Shown here: positions 40,279-49,332 of the stretch, one piece after another
How the letters are laid out: the number at the start of each line of letters is the position of its first letter
Position numbering within the stretch: position 1 is the stretch's first letter
Assembly: GCA_051532055.1 (NCBI GenBank)
Contig: JAOPTX010000001.1
Coordinates: 19,638-83,637 of the forward strand
Length of the DNA: 64,000 nt
Source: Fibrobacterales bacterium
GTDB lineage: Bacteria; Fibrobacterota; Fibrobacteria; Fibrobacterales; JAOPTW01
Direction of reading: 5' to 3'
Program-made: the position numbers and the translations under genes
The notes under the pieces: model-generated
Told to the model about the DNA's origin: nothing
Database searches by the model: none
What the model saw: the letters and a program-made list of their open reading frames with translations, nothing else

Positions 40279-42432
40279 ATGAGTTCTGCAGATACCACAA
40301 TCTATAGACTAACTGTTTCTGGACTTCCTGAAGATCAGTTTACGGTACTCTCATTTTCTGGAATTGAAGAAGTTGCTATAGGATATAGTTACAAGGTAGT
40401 TGCCATTAGCAATGAGACTGACTTGAGTTATGATGAGCTTATAGGAATTCAAACCTCATTTGAAGTTAAGATAGCTGACGAAGCAATTTTGCACCATGGC
40501 ATAATCACTGAAATCGATGAGGAACCTTTCATCGACAATAGAGCTCAATATACTTTGACTATTGAACCGAAACATTCACTGCTTAAGTATACCACTCAAA
40601 GTAGAATATTTCAGGAAATGAGTGTGCAAGAGATAGTGCAAGAAGTACTTGAAGGTGCTGGGCTCACATCAAATGATTTTTCATTTGAATTAAATGGGAG
40701 CTATGATCCATTAGAATTTACTGCTCAATACAATGAGTCTGACTTTAATTTTATTCAGCGCCTAATGGAGTATAATGGAATTTACTATTTCTTTGATCAT
40801 GAAGGCGACTCAGAAATTTTAAAAATTTGTGATGACAATGCTGCGTTTGGAGAAATGCAACTTGAGGCGCAACTCCGTTATCAACCAAATGCGGATATGG
40901 TTACACCAGAGCTTAATACTGTTCGATCCATAAATCGTCAGCGCAAAATGGTAACTGGCAAAGTTACTATGAAAGATTACAATTATTCTCAACCTGAGAC
41001 TAATATTTTTGGAACTGCTGAAGCAGATGTTGGAGTAGGAGAGTTTTATCAGTTTGCTGATACAATGGGTACTACTGACCAAGCAAACTCACTTGCTACT
41101 TTACGTAAGGAGATGTTAGTTTGTCGTAAAGATGTGATCAGGATTCGCTCGAGTTGTCATCAAATTAAATCGGGATATCAATGTACAATTGATGACGATG
41201 GTATTTATGGGTTTGATTCAGACTATCTTGTTCTTCGTGTTGAACATCGAGGTTCACAAGAGGCTTCTGTTTTAGGTGAAGGTGCTGCTACAGGATATAT
41301 GAATGTATTTCACTGTATTGATGCATCAGTAACTTTTAGACCTATGTTTACTGTTAAAAAGCCTAAAATAGAAGGGCTTATGACGGTGAAAGTTGATGGG
41401 CCAGAAGATGATTATGCTTATTTGGATGATACTGGGCGCTATAAAGTCAAAATGCCGTATGATCTTTCCGACGCTTCAGATGGAACTGCGAGTCTTCCTG
41501 TACGTTTATCCCAACCTTATTCGGGGAGCAACTACGGAATGCACTTTCCTGTGCACATGGGTTGTGATCTAGTTATTGGCTTTGAAAATGGGGATATTGA
41601 TAAACCTATAGCTGTAGGTACAGCACCAAATCCATCTCAAAGCTCACCGGTAAGTAGTGCAAATAAGAGTGAAAGTATTATTAAGACCGCTTCTGGGCAT
41701 CAGTTTCGTATGGATGACCTTGAAGATAAAACTAAAATTGATTTGATGACTACTGGTGGACATAATCTTGAGTTCAATGATGATGCAGAAATGCAACAGA
41801 TTAAGATTACTTCAACGGGTGAACATCAGGTATTGATTGATGACACAAATGAAATGATTATCATTAATACCAAAGAAAATAAATCGACCATTACAATGGA
41901 TAATCCCAATGAGTTTACCTCTATTGAGACAGCTACCGGACATCTTATTAAGATGGATGATGCAAATGAGCTTATTGCTATTCAAAGTGGTGCAGGCCAT
42001 GCTATTCAGATTCATGATGGTGATGGTTTAATTACATTGCAAGATGCTGATGGTTCGCATGTAATTCAGATAGATGCTTCAGGTACTATAAGTGTAACTA
42101 CGAGTGGTGATATCGAAATGAAAGCAGATGGTGCCATTAATATGGATGGTGATGAAGTAAATATTACAGGCCATTCTGCAGTAAATATTACATCTGATAT
42201 GGGAGATGTTGCCATTGAAGGCATGAACCTTAATGCTAAAAGTTCTGCTGGTGATGTTGCTATAGAGGCAGCAATGAATGCAAATCTTAAGGGCGGTATG
42301 AACCTTGCATTAGAAGGTGGATTAAATCTTGAGGCTAAAGCAGGACTTGAGGGTAAATTTACTGGAACAATGGTGACCACTGAAGGCTCAGCAATGATGA
42401 CCGTCAAAGGTGGTTTGGTAATGATAAACTAG
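40279..42432 (+). CDS. vgrG: T6SS spike protein VgrG (TssI)
   Basis: SRIFQ, QYNESDFNFIQRLME-GIYYFF-H, DYNY-QP, DDTGRYKV, VRLSQPYSG-NYGMHFP, FENGDIDKP; repetitive beta-helical needle; no C-terminal toxin extension. Confidence 0.95.
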   Translation: MSSADTTIYRLTVSGLPEDQFTVLSFSGIEEVAIGYSYKVVAISNETDLSYDELIGIQTSFEVKIADEAILHHGIITEIDEEPFIDNRAQYTLTIEPKHSLLKYTTQSRIFQEMSVQEIVQEVLEGAGLTSNDFSFELNGSYDPLEFTAQYNESDFNFIQRLMEYNGIYYFFDHEGDSEILKICDDNAAFGEMQLEAQLRYQPNADMVTPELNTVRSINRQRKMVTGKVTMKDYNYSQPETNIFGTAEADVGVGEFYQFADTMGTTDQANSLATLRKEMLVCRKDVIRIRSSCHQIKSGYQCTIDDDGIYGFDSDYLVLRVEHRGSQEASVLGEGAATGYMNVFHCIDASVTFRPMFTVKKPKIEGLMTVKVDGPEDDYAYLDDTGRYKVKMPYDLSDASDGTASLPVRLSQPYSGSNYGMHFPVHMGCDLVIGFENGDIDKPIAVGTAPNPSQSSPVSSANKSESIIKTASGHQFRMDDLEDKTKIDLMTTGGHNLEFNDDAEMQQIKITSTGEHQVLIDDTNEMIIINTKENKSTITMDNPNEFTSIETATGHLIKMDDANELIAIQSGAGHAIQIHDGDGLITLQDADGSHVIQIDASGTISVTTSGDIEMKADGAINMDGDEVNITGHSAVNITSDMGDVAIEGMNLNAKSSAGDVAIEAAMNANLKGGMNLALEGGLNLEAKAGLEGKFTGTMVTTEGSAMMTVKGGLVMIN

Positions 42433-42442
42433 GGTTAAGAGT

Positions 42443-43483
42443 ATGTGGCAGACAACACTTATCCCTGGCTATAAACCAGATGGTACACCGATATTGAGTG
42501 TACTAGCTAAAGAAACCTATCGCTATACCAATGGGACAATGGCTGAAGTTGATACTGATGCCCCCATTGAACTCTACGAAGAGGATAGTTATTATGGTGA
42601 AGGGGACCCCACAAAGGACCCTTTAAAACATGAATCGGACCTTGTAGCTTTTAAGCCATCAACTGATGTGATCTTTATTGGTAAGGCAGAGTGCCCGAAT
42701 GGTAAAAAAGCACGGTTTTTTGATTTAACCGTGGCGGTTAATGAACTTTTTAAGACGGTTCGGGTAATAGGGAACCGCACAGCGTTAGTAACACCTTCGG
42801 GTCTTACCTTTTCGGAGCCAGAACTTTTTGAGTCGATGCCTCTTCATTTTGGACTTGCGTATGGTGGTTCTGATAGTGAGTCAGACCCTGAGTATGACTA
42901 CGTATATGCTCCTAATCCAATAGGGAAGGGTTATATTATTAAAAATAATCCATTAGTTCTTCATGGGTTGGAACTTCCCAATCTTGAGGACCCTCATCAC
43001 TTACTAACTCCTGATTCATTAGTTCTTAAAAACCACGAACGTTGGAAGACTATGCCAGTACCGTGTGCTCTTGGATATCGATCAAAGCATGGAATCGATC
43101 GGATGATGCTGATTCAAAAAGGTGTTGAGCCGGGGAGAGAAGGCGATGCTGATATAAAAGGATATGTACATCCTTCTTTTTATAACGGTGCATCGATGGA
43201 AATGACTTTGCCTTTGCTGCAAGGTGGTGAACGTATTACTATGATGTATATGGACCCTGAACATCCTAAGTTTCACTTTCAGTTGCCCGCTGAACAACCT
43301 ATGCTCTGGCTGAATACTGGAATAGGAATCCGTGAAGCAAAAGCAACTCTCCAAACAGTTGAAGTTTATAAACCGACGAATCAGGTCACACTTCTTTGGC
43401 GTGGTGAATTTGTATACCCTGGTCCAGAGGCCTTTGGTTCATTTACAGCTCTTGAATATGGAGCTACTACAGTAATTAATTAA
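42443..43483 (+). CDS. DUF2169 family T6SS accessory/adaptor protein (copy B)
   Basis: ESDLVAFKPSTDV, VIGNR, AYGG, NPIGKGY, LPNLEDP, L-LLWRG; clear paralog of 18768..19853. Confidence 0.88.
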   Translation: MWQTTLIPGYKPDGTPILSVLAKETYRYTNGTMAEVDTDAPIELYEEDSYYGEGDPTKDPLKHESDLVAFKPSTDVIFIGKAECPNGKKARFFDLTVAVNELFKTVRVIGNRTALVTPSGLTFSEPELFESMPLHFGLAYGGSDSESDPEYDYVYAPNPIGKGYIIKNNPLVLHGLELPNLEDPHHLLTPDSLVLKNHERWKTMPVPCALGYRSKHGIDRMMLIQKGVEPGREGDADIKGYVHPSFYNGASMEMTLPLLQGGERITMMYMDPEHPKFHFQLPAEQPMLWLNTGIGIREAKATLQTVEVYKPTNQVTLLWRGEFVYPGPEAFGSFTALEYGATTVIN

Positions 43484-43539
43484 AAAGAACCAGCTCCTAC
43501 GTTCTCGTAAAAGCTGGGCTCCTTTGTCAGAACTCTATA

Positions 43540-44360
43540 TATCTATTCTAAACCCATTTGTAGTAATGCAATAGAAAGCATAGTGCTCAAATACTTCATC
43601 GAGATGAGTATGAATATGTTCACTGAGAGAAGGTGGCGATATATTGGATATTGCGGTAGTAAAATTTATTTTCCATCGTGTAAAATGAATGAGCTCTGGA
43701 GTATAAAAGGTGAGCTCCCATTCAGGCCCAATTTTTATTTGTGAATGAAATCAAAAATAGTATTTACTTTAATCTAAGAGACCCAAGTTATGAGTGTGGA
43801 TTTGTAGAGTTACTTTAATTATGGGACTATCTGTTTTTTGTTGTTCAATATATTGAACAAGTGTGAGTCGAGTGTGCGCGTTGAAAGAATCACTTCTTAA
43901 TTCTATCTGTTGGATTATATCGCCACGAAAATATCGGTATTTATTTCTGAGTTGACAATATCTTATAAGATGCTAGTGGTCCTTATAATGTATAAGCCCT
44001 ATTGGTTCAATAACGGGTTCGGTTGTCTCACTTTTTTTTGATGCATAGATAATTAGAAGGTTTTTTGATCCTGTGATAGCCTGTTGTATCTCATTAATAG
44101 TTTGAGGGGTACTCGTTTTTTCAAATGGTTTTTGGCGATGGATAGAAATCGAGTACATTGGACTGGGGGGAGTCAGTACCCTTCGAGTAAAAAATATCCA
44201 GCCTCTGCTCCTGTGAGAACTCCAGCTCGTTCAAGGGCTCGAATGTCGAGATACATTGTTCTGAGGCTTAATTAAAATCTCTCAGCGATCTCTTTAGTTG
44301 TGATAATTTGTTTGGATTGGAGTTGTATGAGGATTGTCGAGAGTCTGTCTATTCTATTTT
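43540..44360 (-). pseudogene. Decayed YafY-type HTH-WYL transcriptional regulator
   Basis: Minus-strand translation NRIDRLSTILIQLQSKQIITTKEIAERF*LSLRTMYLDIRALERAGV...GYFLLEGY*LP, then IQQAI...IEPIGLIHYKDH*HLIRYCQLRNKYRYFR, and WELTFYTPELIHFTRW; no ATG, several stops and frameshifts. Confidence 0.85.
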
Positions 44361-44517
44361 GCTCTAAGAATAGTAAGGGATGAATAAATAGCAATGGGAG
44401 AAGAATAGTAGCATTGCAATCTTGTAATTTATGAATAGTCGCTTATTTTTCCTGTCATGATGAACCTGAGCATTGTAGATTTATTGGTAAGAATAAACAG
44501 AAAGATATGGAGTTACC

Positions 44518-44829
44518 ATGAGAAAAATGCCACTATTTATTGTTGTACTTATTGCTTTGTTGGGGAGTGCATCAATCGCATTTGCTTGCGGAAGTTGTGA
44601 CAAGCCAGAGTGTAAAAAAAGTGAAAAAATAGAGTGTTCTAAAAAAGATCATTCCAAGTGTGATAAAGTGAAGTGTAGTAAAGTAACATGCGATAAAACA
44701 CCAGAAGAGTGTGCAAAAGCTAAGAAAGACTGTACTAAAAAAGAGTGCCCTAAAAGTGCTATGAAAGAAGATGAAAAACCGAAATGTCATAGAGGGACTG
44801 CTCAAGAAAAAGCTGAAGGAGTTCTCTAG
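44518..44829 (+). CDS. Small secreted Cys/Lys-rich protein
   Basis: GGAG RBS; signal peptide ending AFA; 11 Cys in the mature 80 aa; followed by a terminator. Confidence 0.78.
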   Translation: MRKMPLFIVVLIALLGSASIAFACGSCDKPECKKSEKIECSKKDHSKCDKVKCSKVTCDKTPEECAKAKKDCTKKECPKSAMKEDEKPKCHRGTAQEKAEGVL

Positions 44830-44849
44830 TATCTATCAGTGATAATATT

Positions 44850-44884
44850 AAAAAAAACAGTAAGGTTACCTTACTGTTTTTTTT
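44850..44884. terminator. Intrinsic terminator
   Basis: AAAAAAAACAGTAAGG-TTA-CCTTACTGTTTTTTTT. Confidence 0.85.
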
Positions 44885-45004
44885 ATGCTCTTTTCTTAAC
44901 TGCATACAAACTTGTAAAATAAAAAAAGAACAGACAGAAAGTGTAAGTATTGGAGTTTTAGTATGACGAATGCCTATAGATTAACTCACCAAATAGGAAT
45001 ACTA

Positions 45005-45508
45005 ATGAAAAATAATCTCGTAAAACTCGCAATTGCTGGCATGCTTGCCGGAGGAATTTCAGCATGCTCTGAAGATCTACAAACATCAACTAATGCTCCA
45101 ACATCGGCTCATGAAGCTTTTAAAATATCGTGTGAAGAGCAGGGTGGGACGTATCAATTTAATGAAAATTGTGCAGCGAACCACGAGTGCGCTGGCCTTG
45201 CAATTAGTAAAGAGGGTGTTGTCGATAGTGAATGTGCAGGTAAAACAGCCTGCGATGGATCGGCTGTTTGTAATGGAGTAGAGAAAGCATCGAGTGCTGC
45301 AACTCAGCCAATGAGTTCTACTGCAGCAATGACTCTAGCAAAATTTAAAGCTGATTGTAGTAGCATTGGGACTGTTTCAGAACATATATGTGGTGGGCAT
45401 AACGATTGTAAAGGCCAGTCATTTAATGAAGACACGGGTGTAGTTGCTACACATGATTGCAAAGGTTTGGCTACCTGTAAAGGTGCATCTTGTGTGGTTG
45501 AAGGCTAA
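45005..45508 (+). CDS. Cys-rich lipoprotein, putative MNIO RiPP precursor (bufferin-like)
   Basis: ATG at 45005 with AGGA upstream; lipobox GISA-C; two 6-Cys domains with C-x5-C-[AKD]G units (e.g. CGGHNDCKGQ); 3 bp upstream of the DUF692 gene. Confidence 0.8.
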   Translation: MKNNLVKLAIAGMLAGGISACSEDLQTSTNAPTSAHEAFKISCEEQGGTYQFNENCAANHECAGLAISKEGVVDSECAGKTACDGSAVCNGVEKASSAATQPMSSTAAMTLAKFKADCSSIGTVSEHICGGHNDCKGQSFNEDTGVVATHDCKGLATCKGASCVVEG

Positions 45509-45511
45509 TAG

Positions 45512-46354
45512 ATGGGTTCAATGAGAAATCAATTTAAGAATATGGGAGTGGGAGTGGGGTTGCGTATACCGCACTACTCCTATATTTTTGAACATAACCC
45601 TCAGGTTGATTTTTTCGAAATAATATCCGAAAATTTTATGGTTGATGGGGGATTACCCATAAGAAATCTTGAGCGAATACTTGAGCAGTATCGAGTAGTT
45701 CAACATGGAGTTTCGATGAATTTGGGCTCTGTTGATCCACTCGATTTTAAATATCTAGCAGACCTAAAAAAACTCGCGGATAAAACGGACACTCCGTACG
45801 TCACTGATCATCTTTGTTGGAGTGGTGCTGGGGGAGCCCATCACCATGACTTGTTGCCATTGCCTTATACTGAAGAAAATGCCCAATACATTGCTGCGCG
45901 GGCTCATATTGTCCAAGATTATTTAGAACGACCTTTAGGGTTAGAAAACCTTTCGAGCTATGTATCATTTGAAAACTCAACGCTGACTGAGTGGGAGTTT
46001 TATAATCGCGTTATAGAGCTCTCTGACTGTTATTATATGCTTGATATAAATAATGTATATGTGTCGGCAATCAATCAAAAATTTGACCCTAAAGAGTATA
46101 TTTCTTCGATTGATTTTAATAAAGTAACTCAAGTACACATTGCAGGGCATACAGTGAATCCTGATGGAACTATTTTGGACACTCATGATATGCCTGTGTG
46201 TGATGCAGTGTGGGAACTCTACCGTATGAGTTGGGAGTTGTCAGGGAAAGGCTTTTCAACTCTCTTGGAGTGGGATGGGAATTTTCTTTCCTTTCCTGAT
46301 ACAATTGCAGAAGCTGAGAAAGCAAAACAGTATCAGGGGGTCGCAGTTGGTTAA
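45512..46354 (+). CDS. DUF692 multinuclear non-heme iron oxidative enzyme (MNIO)
   Basis: GVGLR-PHY, FFEIISENFM, HGVSMNLGS, DHLCW, DLLPLP, LENLSSY, LDINNVYV, HIAGH, DTH, LLEWD. Confidence 0.96.
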   Translation: MGSMRNQFKNMGVGVGLRIPHYSYIFEHNPQVDFFEIISENFMVDGGLPIRNLERILEQYRVVQHGVSMNLGSVDPLDFKYLADLKKLADKTDTPYVTDHLCWSGAGGAHHHDLLPLPYTEENAQYIAARAHIVQDYLERPLGLENLSSYVSFENSTLTEWEFYNRVIELSDCYYMLDINNVYVSAINQKFDPKEYISSIDFNKVTQVHIAGHTVNPDGTILDTHDMPVCDAVWELYRMSWELSGKGFSTLLEWDGNFLSFPDTIAEAEKAKQYQGVAVG

Positions 46355-47195
46355 AGAACCAAAACCACCGAAAAGTCTGACTATATTTCAACAAGAATTT
46401 AGTCAGGCCTTAACAACGCCCTATGACTTCTCAACAGGTAGGGTAGAGCATCAACACTTTCTTTATAAACCTTATTTACTCTCACTTATTAAAACTCAGG
46501 GGGAGCGGTCAGAAGCAGAACATTTCGATGTGTATAATCAACAGTATTGGTTTAGATTATTCACAGCAATCCAGAGTGATTTCCCTTTATTGCGCCATAC
46601 CCTTTCAGCATGGGAATTGAATCAATTGGTTACAGAGTATTTAGCAAGGTACCCATCACAGCACCCTTCGCTCAATCATCTCACTGATCAATTCTTGCAA
46701 TTTATGGGTGAAAGCCATTCTTGGAATACTGATCTTACAAGGGAAATTGCAGCAATTGAATGTGCATTTGTTACTGCTTTTTCAAAATTACAAAAACCTG
46801 GGCTTATTCCCCTGAGTGAAGCCGAACTCAGCAGCATAGGGAGTGAAAAGCTAATATTTCAGGAACCTTTTACCTTACTTAATGAGTCATGGGATATCCT
46901 TGAGAATAGGGCACTTGTGTTTAAAGATGCTGATGATATCATTACTCCCAATTTTAAAAAGGTTAATGGTTGGTGGGCTCTCTATCAATATAATGATGTT
47001 CTCGATGTGATAAAACTTTCAGAAATGGAGCATGCACTTTTAAAACACTTATACGAAGGAATTCCCTTAGAAAATGCTTTGGAGCAGGTTTTTAATATTT
47101 TGGAAGCCCATGAACAACAACACTTATTTTCTTTGATTCCTATCTGGTTTAAGCGTTGGGTTCACTGTGGACTTATTGTAGGGCACTCCCTCTAA
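46347..47195 (+). CDS. DUF2063-type MNIO partner protein
   Basis: Probable TTG start at 46347 overlapping the DUF692 stop; FQQEF, VYNQQYWFRL, DFPLL, YL-RYPS---SL, IAAIE motifs. Confidence 0.85.
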   Translation: MVKEPKPPKSLTIFQQEFSQALTTPYDFSTGRVEHQHFLYKPYLLSLIKTQGERSEAEHFDVYNQQYWFRLFTAIQSDFPLLRHTLSAWELNQLVTEYLARYPSQHPSLNHLTDQFLQFMGESHSWNTDLTREIAAIECAFVTAFSKLQKPGLIPLSEAELSSIGSEKLIFQEPFTLLNESWDILENRALVFKDADDIITPNFKKVNGWWALYQYNDVLDVIKLSEMEHALLKHLYEGIPLENALEQVFNILEAHEQQHLFSLIPIWFKRWVHCGLIVGHSL

Positions 47196-47328
47196 TTTTT
47201 TAATTTTTGATGGTTCTAGTATGTTTTTAGGGAATTATATGGTGTTATTAGACTTTCTGTTTAGAAGAATTGTAATTAAATACTGTTATTACATGTCATA
47301 TGAGTCTTAAAAGTGGTACCATACGAGT

Positions 47329-48408
47329 ATGAGAAGTAAACCACAATTGCTCAATCAAATGCTGATTATTATGTCAGTTTCTATACTTGTTATCGTCCTG
47401 ATGCTATGGAATTCAGCATTGACGATGAGAGACCAAGCAATTGGATCGGTAAAAAATGCTCTGGTTCTTGCGGCTCATTCTATCTCTGCTGAATTTCAAA
47501 GTACGGTTGGTCAAGTTGAACTCTATGCGCAATTACCGATGCTCAAAGAGATGGAATCTGTAGAATTTTTGCCCTTCTTGAAAAGTGAACTTGATCGCCA
47601 CAAGGGGCGCTATGAAAAATTTATTGTAGGAACGCGCGATGGATACTTTTACAATACTGCTGGTGGTAATCCTTATGTAGGTAATTTGCGTACCTTTGAT
47701 GACACGGCACAGGGTGCACAACCAAAGACTATTGTGGGGAGGGACTATTGGAAGTACACTGTGGGTGCTAACGATTTTCATGTGACTAAATCAATAATAT
47801 CTGAGCCAATGATATCCTACACAACAGGCGCAAAACAGGTAGTTATTGCGAGTTCTATTATAGGAAAGCGTGGAATTGTTGATGGAATGGTAGGAGTGAG
47901 CATTACTTGGGAACGTATAGAACAGGTATTCAAAAAACTATCAGGTGCCTATTTTAATCAATATAGCTGGGATCCTAAAGTGGCACTTATTTCTCACAAT
48001 GCTTCATATTGGTATCATTGGGATAAAAATAAAACACTGAAGCTTAAGAGAGACTCAACTGGGGCTCTTGTGTATGATGCGCGAGGTCAGACTATAACTG
48101 AATCTTTTTCACTTTACCAAGAAAAAAATCCTCGTTTGAGAGATGAGCATAAGAGAATTTTATTTGACCGAACTATTGGATTTTTAGAACTTGAAGAGGC
48201 TTATGATGAATCAGAGAGAATAATTTTTTATGCCCCTATCCGCGAAACGGGCTATATTCTAATGCTCGAAGTAGACAGTGAATTATTACTTGAGGAGATT
48301 GATTATATCCAAGGTCTCTATCTACTTATCGTCATTCTTTGTTTGAGTACTATCATTGTTATTGTTTTGAGAGTGATCACTATAACTAAAGAAGAAAAAT
48401 TTGAATGA
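47329..48408 (+). CDS. Membrane-anchored Cache-type sensor domain protein without a cytoplasmic output domain
   Basis: Two TM helices flanking RDYW, ISEPMISYTTGAKQVVIASSI, YWYHWD, YAPI-ETGY; stop about 12 aa after the second TM. Confidence 0.75.
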   Translation: MRSKPQLLNQMLIIMSVSILVIVLMLWNSALTMRDQAIGSVKNALVLAAHSISAEFQSTVGQVELYAQLPMLKEMESVEFLPFLKSELDRHKGRYEKFIVGTRDGYFYNTAGGNPYVGNLRTFDDTAQGAQPKTIVGRDYWKYTVGANDFHVTKSIISEPMISYTTGAKQVVIASSIIGKRGIVDGMVGVSITWERIEQVFKKLSGAYFNQYSWDPKVALISHNASYWYHWDKNKTLKLKRDSTGALVYDARGQTITESFSLYQEKNPRLRDEHKRILFDRTIGFLELEEAYDESERIIFYAPIRETGYILMLEVDSELLLEEIDYIQGLYLLIVILCLSTIIVIVLRVITITKEEKFE

Positions 48409-48433
48409 GTTCAGAAATAAAGGGGCCGTTGGC

Positions 48434-49279
48434 TTACTCTGTTAATATGAGTTGTTGTGGTTGTTCTAATAATTCTAAATCGGTTACTTTTTGAATGACA
48501 TTTCTTATAACCATACTTGCAAGTACATTACCGTAAATTATGGTCATGTGGGCAACTGATCCATTTATTTCTGCTTTGGTGTGGCACCAGTCGTGTGCTT
48601 CAAATTTCTCATCAGGAGCATCTTTAACGGTACTAGAACAATAACAATGGTGTGAGCCATCTTGAGAAGATGTATGGGTAATATCTAATGGGACTTCATC
48701 GCTATAGACACATTGGAAATCACCAGAAAAACCGCGTTTTCTGAGGCGTTTCCGAAGCATCTTACTGAGGCCACAATGACGTGTCTTCCAGATTGAATTT
48801 TGTTTAATCTGAAGAGGATCCATTTTGTTACCGGCACCCATAGCTGAAAAGAGGGTGGTATCACTGTTATAAGCATGCTCAATAAGTGATACCTTAGGAC
48901 TTAAGCTATCTATGGCGTCAATAACGTAATCAAATTGAGATAATTTGAAGGAATCACGTGTTGTATCATCGTATTTTCCGTGAACAGTCTCAATCGTTGC
49001 GCGTGGATTTATTGTAAGAAGCCGATCTTTAAGTTCCATTACTTTTGAACGACCAATATTTTTAGCCGTCGCTTGGAGTTGTCGGTTTATATTGGTAATG
49101 CAAACAACATCGGAATCTACTATTGTTAGGTGATGTATACCCGATCGTATTAGGGACTCAGCGCACCAACTTCCAACACCACCTACTCCAAAAATGATGA
49201 CTTCAGTAGTGTTTAGTGCTTGAATAGCAGTGCTCCCTGTAATGAGCTCTAATCTTTGAAATATTGGGTGGACTTTCAT
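48434..49279 (-). CDS. tcdA: tRNA threonylcarbamoyladenosine dehydratase (ThiF family)
   Basis: FGVGGVGSWCAESL-RSG, D-DVVC-TN-NRQL-A, DYVIDAIDS, SAMGAGNK-DP, CVYS-E. Confidence 0.88.
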   Translation of the reverse strand: MKVHPIFQRLELITGSTAIQALNTTEVIIFGVGGVGSWCAESLIRSGIHHLTIVDSDVVCITNINRQLQATAKNIGRSKVMELKDRLLTINPRATIETVHGKYDDTTRDSFKLSQFDYVIDAIDSLSPKVSLIEHAYNSDTTLFSAMGAGNKMDPLQIKQNSIWKTRHCGLSKMLRKRLRKRGFSGDFQCVYSDEVPLDITHTSSQDGSHHCYCSSTVKDAPDEKFEAHDWCHTKAEINGSVAHMTIIYGNVLASMVIRNVIQKVTDLELLEQPQQLILTE

Positions 49280-49332
49280 AGAGGGCAAATATAGGAAAAG
49301 TCAACTCTCCCGACATGAGGAAATGAGTTGAA

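Noticed and set aside
24284..43483. Prophage or tailocin interpretation of the tail-like genes
   Set aside because: TssK/L/M, TssA and ClpV define a T6SS; no capsid, terminase, integrase or lysis genes are present
43540..44360. WYL regulator as a marker of a phage-defence island
   Set aside because: It is a pseudogene of the common YafY type and no defence genes are recognisable nearby
48434..49279. ThiF-family enzyme as a RiPP maturase for the nearby Cys-rich precursors
   Set aside because: Motifs fit TcdA, and it is on the opposite strand, separated by the Cache gene
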